Source: Elusimicrobiota bacterium (GTDB lineage: Bacteria; Elusimicrobiota; Endomicrobiia; CG1-02-37-114; JAHJSO01). Taken from it: a stretch of 64,000 bases of DNA. Every line of letters begins with the position of its first letter. Within the stretch, counting starts at the first letter, position 1. A program made the position numbers and the translations under genes. The stretch lies in NCBI GenBank assembly GCA_043826435.1, contig JBDRQF010000044.1, positions 1-64,000 on the forward strand, written 5' to 3'. Shown here in pieces: positions 19,460-27,643 of the stretch. The notes under the pieces are model-generated. The model was not told where the DNA came from. It saw only the letters and a list, made by a program, of their open reading frames with translations, and searched no databases.

Positions 19460-19725
19460 TTTGCCTGCTGTTGGGTGGTGCCGGCAGAGGTTTTATCAGG
19501 AAGTATTATACCGATGGCAATAATTATATACGCACCAACTATAAGGAATGGCGAAAGGACGCTCGCCCAGTTCTGGCCTTCGGGGTCTGTCTTTGTCAGA
19601 ATAAAAAAACCGGTTATCAGAATAAGTATGCCTGCGAGTATCACCTTTTTACCTGCGGCTGTAATCCCTTTTACTTCCGGCATATCGCTCTGCGTCTTTA
19701 AATTATTTTTCTTTTTATCGGTCAT
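19456..19725 (-). CDS. Small two-TM membrane protein (DUF3098-like)
   Basis: Two hydrophobic helices, LSPFLIV.AY; start moved to ATG 19725 after GGGGGAG. Confidence 0.6.
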   Translation of the reverse strand: MTDKKKNNLKTQSDMPEVKGITAAGKKVILAGILILITGFFILTKTDPEGQNWASVLSPFLIVGAYIIIAIGIILPDKTSAGTTQQQAK

Positions 19726-19833
19726 TTTTTTCTTCTCCCCCCCCGCGAGTTGCGCTGAACCCCGTGGCAGTGAAACCTGTGTGACTGATTTAGCGTCATT
19801 ACGCCACCCTGTTCTAACGCCCGGCCTGGTTAT

Positions 19834-19862
19834 ATTATAATAGATTTTAGGATGGTTGTCAA
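19834..19862 (-). promoter_or_regulatory. Consensus sigma70 promoter for the DUF3098-cstA unit
   Basis: TTGACA-17 bp-TATAAT on the minus strand. Confidence 0.75.
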
Positions 19863-20728
19863 GGAGCATATCCCGGAGTTATCGGGTAGAAGAGCGGTCC
19901 CCCGTATATCTTTTCCCCGAATTCTTTTATGAGTCCCTTCCCTTCGTTGCCGGTCAGAAATTCAACGAATTTTTTCGCACAGCCGTGGTTCGCCCGGGGG
20001 AATTTTTCGGGTGAGACCGGGATAAGCGAATACGGATTGTAAAGTAATGTGTCGTTATCAAATAGCAGGGCAAGTGATTGGAGTTTTTTCGCGTGATGCA
20101 GCCATGTTGATTTGTCGGTCAGACAATATGCCCGTTTCTCGTCCGCAATCCTGAGCGTCAGTTCCATGCCGGAACCGGATTCCATATAATTCTTCATCCT
20201 TGTCCGGGCGTCCCCTGTTTTCTCCCAGATTAACGTTTCTCTTTTGTGCGTGCCTGAATTGTCTCCGCGCGAAACGAAAAATGCGTCTTTCCGCGCAATT
20301 TTTTCAAAAGCATCAACCACGCCCGTTGATGATTTTATACCGGCAGGGTCGTCCCCGGGCCCGATTATCACAAAATAATTATACATAACCTCATGCCTCT
20401 GCGTCCCGAAACCATCCCTTACAAATTCCTCTTCCGACTGCCTGTCATGGACGAATAAAATATCGGCATTTCCATCGCGGCCGAGCCGTATCACCTGTCC
20501 CGTGCCAACTGCAATAACCTTCACCTTGCACCCGTGCTTTTTTTTAAAGACAGGGACAATAAAATCAAGCAGTCCCGAATCCTCAACGCTTGTCGTCGTG
20601 GCCAGGACAACCGTCCTGTCGTATCTTCCTTTACGGCTGTCACTTGTACGGCTGTCGCCTGCCCGTGCAACAAAAAGATTGCCAAACTGTAAAAAACACA
20701 CGACTGCAAGTATGGCTTTTTTAATCAT
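19859..20728 (-). CDS. tupA: Tungstate ABC transporter substrate-binding protein
   Basis: LATTTS.EDSGLL, VGTG, FVSRGDNSGTH, NPYS. Confidence 0.88.
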   Translation of the reverse strand: MIKKAILAVVCFLQFGNLFVARAGDSRTSDSRKGRYDRTVVLATTTSVEDSGLLDFIVPVFKKKHGCKVKVIAVGTGQVIRLGRDGNADILFVHDRQSEEEFVRDGFGTQRHEVMYNYFVIIGPGDDPAGIKSSTGVVDAFEKIARKDAFFVSRGDNSGTHKRETLIWEKTGDARTRMKNYMESGSGMELTLRIADEKRAYCLTDKSTWLHHAKKLQSLALLFDNDTLLYNPYSLIPVSPEKFPRANHGCAKKFVEFLTGNEGKGLIKEFGEKIYGGPLFYPITPGYAP

Positions 20729-20932
20729 CAGACCGTCCTTTTATTCCCCATTGCGGAACGCCCCCCCCTTTTTTTCTGCCTCCCGGGAGTGCCCGCCCTC
20801 CCGTCCCCCGTTGCCACCCTCCACCGGCCGAACAACGAACCACAAACATTTTTTCTGCCTCACAAAAAGTATAGCAAATAATTTGAACTTTGTCCAAAAC
20901 GGCGTAATTCTCTTTATAATTCCCTTTATACC

Positions 20933-20961
20933 TTGACAAAAATTAAATTTTTTTATAGAAT
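20933..20961 (+). promoter_or_regulatory. Sigma70 promoter of the plus-strand Mo-hydroxylase operon
   Basis: TTGACA-17 bp-TAGAAT; a divergent TGGACA-17-TATACT for tupA lies at ~20868-20896. Confidence 0.7.
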
Positions 20962-21045
20962 AAGTGATAGGGCTGTGGGTTATCTGCCGTGCATGTTATT
21001 GGCGACCAGCCGCCAGTTTTTACAGAAACCGGAGGGATATTCTTA

Positions 21046-22284
21046 ATGGACTTACTGATTAAAAATGCCAGGATGCGGGGCCGTGATGGGCTGATGGAGA
21101 TAGCGATATCCAAGGGCAGGATACAAAAGATTGCCAAAAAATGTCCCGGCAAAGCGGAAAAAACCATTGACGCAAAAGGAAATCTTGTTACGGAATCATA
21201 CTGTAACGCACACCTGCACCTGTGCAAGGTCTGGACGCTCCAGATGATGGATGAAAAGGCATTGAAAGATTATCACGGCAGCGACATGGGAAAGGCAATG
21301 ACGGCGATTGAACTTGCTGCCCGTGTTAAGGAAAAATATGACGAGAAATGGATTATAAAAAACGTCCGCAAAGCCGTTGAACTCGCCGCCCGTTACGGAA
21401 ACCTTCACATAAGGGCGTTTGTTGACGTTGATACCAAGGCGCGGCTTGAGGGCATTAAGGCGGTGCTGAAGGCAAGGGAAGAATACAAAGGCATCGTCAA
21501 CATTCAGGTCGTTGCATTCCCGCAGGATGGTGTTGTCAGGGATCCCGGCGCCGAGCAACTTATAGTCCGGGCGATGGACATGGGGGCGGACGTCGTCGGC
21601 GGCATACCGTGGATTGAATACACGGAAGAGGATGAAAGAATTCATATCCAAAAGATGGTTGCAATCGCCAGAAAGTACAAAAAGGATGTGTCAATGCTTG
21701 TTGACGATGCGGGCGACCCTACACTTAAAACAATTGAGATGCTCGCTACGGAAACGATAAAGACCGGCTGGCAGGGCAGGGTACTCGCCCAGCACGCACG
21801 CGCCATGTGCCTGTATCCCAAGCCCTATTTCCAGAAGGTCGCCGCACTGCTTAAAAAGGCGGGGATGGGTGTCGTGAGCGACCCTCATACAGGCCCGCTC
21901 CATGCACGGGTGAAAGAACTCCTTGAGGAAGGTGTCCAGGTTTGTCTCGGCCAGGACGATATTTCCGACGCCTACTATCCCTACGGCCGCAACAATATGC
22001 TTGAAATTGCGTTTCTCGCGTCGCATCTTTTATGGATGACGACGGAATCAGAAATGGAAACCCTGTATGACATGATTACCGTTAACGCGGCCATGCTAAT
22101 GAATGTCCGAAATTTCGGGCTTAAAAACGGTAATGATGCAAACCTTGTTGTCCTGGGCGTCAACTCCGTCGTTGATGCGTTGCGTTATCACGAAGCCCCC
22201 GCGTACGTTATAAGTAACGGGAAAGTAATCTCGGAAGGCAGCGTGGGTGAGGCGATTGCTTCGGGGCTTCGCCCCTCGCAATGA
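21046..22284 (+). CDS. CodA-like amidohydrolase/deaminase with atypical active site
   Basis: HLH metal motif, QVVAFPQDG, VGGIP, QHARAM, GQDDISD; start moved to ATG 21046 after GGAGGG. Confidence 0.85.
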   Translation: MDLLIKNARMRGRDGLMEIAISKGRIQKIAKKCPGKAEKTIDAKGNLVTESYCNAHLHLCKVWTLQMMDEKALKDYHGSDMGKAMTAIELAARVKEKYDEKWIIKNVRKAVELAARYGNLHIRAFVDVDTKARLEGIKAVLKAREEYKGIVNIQVVAFPQDGVVRDPGAEQLIVRAMDMGADVVGGIPWIEYTEEDERIHIQKMVAIARKYKKDVSMLVDDAGDPTLKTIEMLATETIKTGWQGRVLAQHARAMCLYPKPYFQKVAALLKKAGMGVVSDPHTGPLHARVKELLEEGVQVCLGQDDISDAYYPYGRNNMLEIAFLASHLLWMTTESEMETLYDMITVNAAMLMNVRNFGLKNGNDANLVVLGVNSVVDALRYHEAPAYVISNGKVISEGSVGEAIASGLRPSQ

Positions 22285-22286
22285 CA
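22254..22286 (-). repeat. REP-like palindromic element (TGTCATTGCGAG...CGAAGCAATC type)
   Basis: Minus strand reads TGTCATTGCGAGGGGCGAAGCCCCGAAGCAATC. Confidence 0.7.
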
Positions 22287-22315
22287 CAGTGGGTGCGGCA
22301 ACAGGAGGACGATAA

Positions 22316-24658
22316 ATGAATTTCAAATATGTCGGAAAAAGCGTTAAACGGCCCGATGCGATCACAAAAACCACGGGCAGAGCGGTTTTTCTGGACGATA
22401 TAAGAATGGCCGGGCTGTTACATATCGCCATCCTCACTCCGGAGTACGCCCACGCAAGGATTCTTTCAATGGACACTTCGGAAGCAGAAAAATGCGAAGG
22501 TGTCGTGAAGGTTATCACGGGGAAGGACTGTCCGTTCAAATTCGGTGACAATGTAAAAGACCGCCTGCCCCTTGCGGTTGACAGGGTCCGATATATCGGC
22601 GAACCCGTTGCCGCCGTGGTTGCTGAAAATATTCACCAGGCAAGGGAAGCGGCAAGGAAGATTAAGGTTAAATATGAACCTCTTCCTGTTTACGTGAATG
22701 CCTCTGATGCCTTGAAAAAGGATGCGGCGTTAATTCACGAAAAAAGCAGTGAATACTGGCACCTGCCGGGCATCGGCCCTATACCGGGTACTAACATCGC
22801 TGACCATTATGTTTTAAAAAAAGGTGACGCTGAAAACGGTTTCAAAGAGGCGGACGTGGTCGTTGAGGGTGAATTTAATTATCCTTTTGGTTCTTCGGCA
22901 GCGATTGAGCCGCACGGCACAATCGCCCTTTTTCACGAAGACGGGACGATTGAAATCTGGTCGTCTTCAATATGCCCGTTTGTAATCAGGGATGACCTCG
23001 CCCATTCGTACAACCTGCCTGTTTCAAGCGTCCGGGTCCATATACCGGAAATCGGCGGGTGTTTCGGTTACAAATCGGACGTGACAATTGAACAGACAGT
23101 CGCCTACATAGCGAGTTTTCTGCCGGGCAGGCCCGTAAAGTGGGTTGCCACAAGAAAGGAAGATTTCCTGAGTACCTTGCTGGCGCACGGGATAAAAACA
23201 AGAATGAAAATCGGGGCGAAAAAAGACGGAACGCTGACCACATTACAGGCGACCATACATCACTCAACAGGCGCCTATGTTGACACGGGCGTCCATGTGA
23301 TGAGAGGCGCAACCCATAACTGTACCGGAACGTATGAATTCCACAATTGTCATCTTGAAGGTTTCTCGGTCTATACGAACACAACCCCTGTCGGCGCCTA
23401 CAGGGGCTACGGGCACCAGGAAACGCAATTCGCCGTGGAGCGCCTGCTGGATATTCTGGCAAGAAAAATAAATATCAGCCCGATGAAACTGCGGGAAAAA
23501 AATTATCTGGGGCCCGGGAAAATAACGGCCTCGGGTGAAAAGATGTGGGAAAGTAACGGCAGCGTGCAAAAATGCGCCAGGGTAGTCCAGGAAATTTTAT
23601 TTTCAAAACCGAAACCCGCGGAAGACAAGGATTACTACTACGGCAGGGGATTTTCCGGTTTGATGAAGTCCCCAAAGGGCGCTCCTTTCTCCTCAAAGGG
23701 GTGCTACCTTAAATTCAACAGTGACGGCAGCGTATCCATAAATATGGGCGGTGCGGAAGTGGGACAGGGATTGAGGACCGTTGTAAAACAAATAGCCTCG
23801 GAAGTGCTTAAAATTTCTCCCGACAGAATCGCTGTCTATACCGAGATAGACACGCAATTTTCTCCGTGGGAATGGCAAACGATCGGGTCAATGTTTACGG
23901 TACAGGGCGGCAGGGCGGTTATACGCGCCTGCGAAAAGGCGATTGCTGCGCTTAAACAAACCGCGTCGCAGGCGCTCCGTTGCGATGCCGACATGCTTGA
24001 ATATGACGGCGAACACATTTTCCTGAAGCACGACCCCGATGTCCGGGTCAGGGTAAAACAACTCGCACAGGGCTACATGCATGAGGACGGCATAACCGTC
24101 GGAGAAGTGGTCCAGACAACTTCCGACGCCCGCCTTCCGCGGTATTCCAACCCTGATGCCAACGGACAGGGAAGCATCGGGGTAAGTTATACTTTCGGCG
24201 CCCAGGGCTGTGAATTGAGAGTTGAGAAAAAAACGGGGAATATTATCATTGACCATTTTATATCCTGTTTTGACGTCGGAAAGGTTATCAACCCTGAACA
24301 AATAAGAGGGCAGGTAGTCGGCGGCGTAATGATGGCGCTCGGCGCCTCGTTGTGCGAGGAACTAAAATTCACAAAAGACGGAAAATCAACTAACCCTCAT
24401 TTCGGAAAATACCGTTTTCCGAATATAAAAGACATCCCCAAAAAACAGACGGTTGAGTTTATTGAAACGCCGGAGAACATAGGGCCTTTCGGGGCAAGGG
24501 GCATAGGCGAGCACCCCGTTATCGGGGTCGCCCCTGCAGTCCTTAATGCCATTTATGATGCTACAGGCATAGATTTCTCTGAGATTCCCGTCACGCCCGA
24601 AAAAATGAAAAAGGCACTGGACGAAAAAAGGATCGGAAAAAATGGCGCAAAAAATTAA
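22316..24658 (+). CDS. Xanthine dehydrogenase-family molybdopterin-binding subunit 1
   Basis: GGCFGYK, AYRGYG, EVGQG, QVVGG, GARGIGE. Confidence 0.92.
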   Translation: MNFKYVGKSVKRPDAITKTTGRAVFLDDIRMAGLLHIAILTPEYAHARILSMDTSEAEKCEGVVKVITGKDCPFKFGDNVKDRLPLAVDRVRYIGEPVAAVVAENIHQAREAARKIKVKYEPLPVYVNASDALKKDAALIHEKSSEYWHLPGIGPIPGTNIADHYVLKKGDAENGFKEADVVVEGEFNYPFGSSAAIEPHGTIALFHEDGTIEIWSSSICPFVIRDDLAHSYNLPVSSVRVHIPEIGGCFGYKSDVTIEQTVAYIASFLPGRPVKWVATRKEDFLSTLLAHGIKTRMKIGAKKDGTLTTLQATIHHSTGAYVDTGVHVMRGATHNCTGTYEFHNCHLEGFSVYTNTTPVGAYRGYGHQETQFAVERLLDILARKINISPMKLREKNYLGPGKITASGEKMWESNGSVQKCARVVQEILFSKPKPAEDKDYYYGRGFSGLMKSPKGAPFSSKGCYLKFNSDGSVSINMGGAEVGQGLRTVVKQIASEVLKISPDRIAVYTEIDTQFSPWEWQTIGSMFTVQGGRAVIRACEKAIAALKQTASQALRCDADMLEYDGEHIFLKHDPDVRVRVKQLAQGYMHEDGITVGEVVQTTSDARLPRYSNPDANGQGSIGVSYTFGAQGCELRVEKKTGNIIIDHFISCFDVGKVINPEQIRGQVVGGVMMALGASLCEELKFTKDGKSTNPHFGKYRFPNIKDIPKKQTVEFIETPENIGPFGARGIGEHPVIGVAPAVLNAIYDATGIDFSEIPVTPEKMKKALDEKRIGKNGAKN

Positions 24659-25124
24659 TTTCAGGGTAAATGGTTTCCGGAGGACCGTTGAGATTGAGGG
24701 CTGGGAAAAACTAATAGACGTATTGAGAGAAAAATTAGAACTTACCGGCACCAAGCGCGGGTGTGAAGACCTGACCTGCGGTACGTGCGTCGTAGTCGTG
24801 GATGGAGTTGCAAAAAGGAGCTGCTCGCTTGCGGCGACAAAACTGGAAAACACGGAAGTACTCACCATAGAGGGGTTATCTTCCGGGGGAAATCTGCACC
24901 CCATACAAAAGGCGCTGATAGATGCGGGCGCCGTGCAGTGCGGTTACTGCACCCCGGGGATTGTTATGGAACTCTACGCCCTTTTTACAAAAAACCCAAA
25001 CGCATCGGAAGAAGAAATCATTGAATCCCTTTCGCATCATCTTTGCAGGTGCACCGGGTACGAGGCAATCATGGAAGGCGCCAAACTGGCCCAGAGTTAT
25101 CTCAAGACAGCGAAACCGTCGTAA
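24642..25124 (+). CDS. 2Fe-2S subunit 1 (CoxS/XdhC-like)
   Basis: GCEDLTCGTC, QCGYCTPG, LCRCTGY. Confidence 0.93.
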   Translation: MAQKINFRVNGFRRTVEIEGWEKLIDVLREKLELTGTKRGCEDLTCGTCVVVVDGVAKRSCSLAATKLENTEVLTIEGLSSGGNLHPIQKALIDAGAVQCGYCTPGIVMELYALFTKNPNASEEEIIESLSHHLCRCTGYEAIMEGAKLAQSYLKTAKPS

Positions 25125-25154
25125 TAACCAACCGCTTACTTTAGGAGATTAAAA

Positions 25155-27641
25155 ATGAAAAAGGAAATTTACCTCACAGACATGCAGTTAAAAACAGAAC
25201 TTTTGAGGTGCGAATACTGTGAGGAAAGACCGTGTGAAAACGGCTGCCCGGTAAACTGTTCGCCTTTTGACTTTATAATGGCGGCAAAGGCCGGGGAACC
25301 GCAGGACTTTGCCAGGTCGGCCGGACTTATTATGAAAAATAATCCGCTCGGAGGCGTCTGCGGATGCGTGTGCCCTGACAGGCACTGTATGGCGAAATGT
25401 TCTCATAAAACATTTGACGGTTCTATCGGCATACCTGATTTACAGTCGCTGATTGTTAAAAAGGCGAAAGGACTGGGAGGAATACCGGCGTTCAACAAAA
25501 TAAAACCAAATGGAAAAAAGGTCGCCATCGTTGGTTCAGGACCGGCAGGTTTGGGCGCAGCATCCGTGCTTGCGCAGTACGGGTATAAAATAGTCATATA
25601 CGAGGTAGGGGATAAGGCGGGAGGGATGTGCAACCTCATCCCGGATCACCGCCTGCCCAAAGACGTACTTAAAACAGATATTGATTTCGTAAAGACACTG
25701 GGAGACATCACAATAAAAATTAATTCCAGAATAGATTCTCCGGACAAACTTTTAGACGAGGGCTTTGATGCAGTTGTCGTAGCGGTCGGGCTGTGGCAGC
25801 CAATAATGCCAAACATCGGAGGGCAGGAACTTTCCGTAACGGCAACAGATTATCTGATCAATCCGGAAAAATATAAATTCAAAGGTAAAGTGGCGGTAAT
25901 CGGCGGCGGGGCTTCGGCGCTTGATTGTGCCGTCCAGGCAAAGAAAAACGGCGCCACGGGCGTTGAAATGTTCTCCCTTGAAAACCTTGCCGAGATGCCT
26001 CTTACTTCAAAGGAACGGAATGAACTTCTGGAAAACGATATTGAGGTCACGGGACGGGTAAGGGTGCTTTCAATAAACGGCGGGGGTAAAAAAATCAAAG
26101 GGATTACCACGATTAAAATAACCCTGCCCGCGGGAAAGAAATTTAATCTGAAAGACATAAAAGATGTTGAAGGCGCAAAACAACAGAGAACAGATATAAG
26201 CAATGTGATAATGGCGATAGGCAACCGCGCCGTCGTCCCAAAATTTACGAAGAAAGGCATATTCCTTGCGGGTGACTGCATCAACGGGCCGACGACGGTG
26301 GTTGAGGCCGTCGCTTCGGGTAAGAACTGCGCTGTTGAATCAGACGCTTTCCTTGCGCGTCAAAAAAAACCGAAAGCGGAGAAAAACACAAAAAGTCACG
26401 TTTCCCTGACCGGTTACGTCCATGTCCCTGTCTCGCTTGAGACGGACTTTTTCGGCAGGAAAATTTCAACGCCGTTTCTTTTATCCGCCGCTCCCCCCTC
26501 AGACGGGTACGACCAGATGAAGAAGGCATACGAAAAGGGCTGGTCGGGCGGAATTATGAAAACGGCATTTGATAATGTGCCCATACACATCCCCGGGGAA
26601 TACATGCACGTCTTTAATGAAACGACTTACGGCAACTGTGATAATGTTTCGGGGCATCACCTTGAACGGGTGATGAGAGAAGTTGAAAAACTGGTAAAGG
26701 AATACCCGGACCGCCTGACGATGGCGTCCACCGGCGGGCCCGTTACCGGAAACGATGAAAACGACAGGACCGGATGGCAATCAAACACGAGGAAACTGGA
26801 AGGTTGCGGCGTGATGGGGATTGAGTACTCTCTCTCCTGCCCGCAGGGCGGCGACGGGACCGAGGGAGACATCGTCTCGCAGAACGCCCGCCTGACGGCA
26901 AAGATTATTAACTGGATAATGGAAGCCGGTAACCCCGACGTCCCTAAACTTTTTAAACTTACCGCAGCGGTCACTTCAATTGCGGTTATAGTTAAAGCCA
27001 TAAAAGAGGTCCTTGACAGCCACCCGGGTAAAAAGGCGGGCATTACCCTTGCCAATACCTTCCCCGTTCTCGCATTCCAGGACAGGGGAAAGAAAAAGTG
27101 GGAAGACGGCGTGGTGCTAGGTATGAGCGGTGAAAGCGTTACTCCCATAAGTTATCTAACGCTTGCAAGCGCAGTGCCGGTAGGCGTTGTCATCTCCGGC
27201 AACGGAGGACCCGTAAACTACAAACAGGCGTCGCATTTTCTGGCTTTGGGCGTGCAGACCGTCCAGTTCTGTACAATGGTCACAAAATACGGCTACGGTA
27301 TCTTCGGCGAACTGTGCAACGGGGTAAGTTATCTTATGAAGCGCCGCGGCATCCTGTCAATGAAAGAACTGATAGGCATCGCCCGTCCAGACCCCATAAA
27401 GGACTTTATGGCGCTTTCTCCGACGAAAAAAATATCTTCCCTGATAGAAGAGTTATGCGTGAGTTGCGGGAATTGCGCCCGGTGTCCTTACCAGGCAATC
27501 ACCCTCAATAAGAATTTGCTCCCCGAGATAGACCCCGCGAAATGTATCGGCTGTTCAATCTGCACGAAAAGGTGTTTTGTCGGAGCGCTTGAGATGCGCG
27601 AACGCACCAAAGAGGAACTTGGCCTGTTAAAAGAAGATTAA
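25155..27641 (+). CDS. Single-chain dihydropyrimidine-dehydrogenase-like Fe-S flavoprotein (PreT-PreA-like fusion)
   Basis: N-terminal CxxCxxxxCxxxCP and NPLGGVCGCVCP; GSGPAG and GGGASA Rossmann motifs; FMN barrel (LSAAPP, MKT, SCPQG, KLT, ANT); C-terminal two 4Fe-4S motifs. Confidence 0.85.
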   Translation: MKKEIYLTDMQLKTELLRCEYCEERPCENGCPVNCSPFDFIMAAKAGEPQDFARSAGLIMKNNPLGGVCGCVCPDRHCMAKCSHKTFDGSIGIPDLQSLIVKKAKGLGGIPAFNKIKPNGKKVAIVGSGPAGLGAASVLAQYGYKIVIYEVGDKAGGMCNLIPDHRLPKDVLKTDIDFVKTLGDITIKINSRIDSPDKLLDEGFDAVVVAVGLWQPIMPNIGGQELSVTATDYLINPEKYKFKGKVAVIGGGASALDCAVQAKKNGATGVEMFSLENLAEMPLTSKERNELLENDIEVTGRVRVLSINGGGKKIKGITTIKITLPAGKKFNLKDIKDVEGAKQQRTDISNVIMAIGNRAVVPKFTKKGIFLAGDCINGPTTVVEAVASGKNCAVESDAFLARQKKPKAEKNTKSHVSLTGYVHVPVSLETDFFGRKISTPFLLSAAPPSDGYDQMKKAYEKGWSGGIMKTAFDNVPIHIPGEYMHVFNETTYGNCDNVSGHHLERVMREVEKLVKEYPDRLTMASTGGPVTGNDENDRTGWQSNTRKLEGCGVMGIEYSLSCPQGGDGTEGDIVSQNARLTAKIINWIMEAGNPDVPKLFKLTAAVTSIAVIVKAIKEVLDSHPGKKAGITLANTFPVLAFQDRGKKKWEDGVVLGMSGESVTPISYLTLASAVPVGVVISGNGGPVNYKQASHFLALGVQTVQFCTMVTKYGYGIFGELCNGVSYLMKRRGILSMKELIGIARPDPIKDFMALSPTKKISSLIEELCVSCGNCARCPYQAITLNKNLLPEIDPAKCIGCSICTKRCFVGALEMRERTKEELGLLKED

Positions 27642-27643
27642 AA

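Noticed and set aside
20730..20865. Moco/Tuco riboswitch upstream of tupA
   Set aside because: G-rich leader with AGGG..CUCCC and a duplicated GAGGCAGAAAAAA, but I could not build the Moco multi-stem fold.
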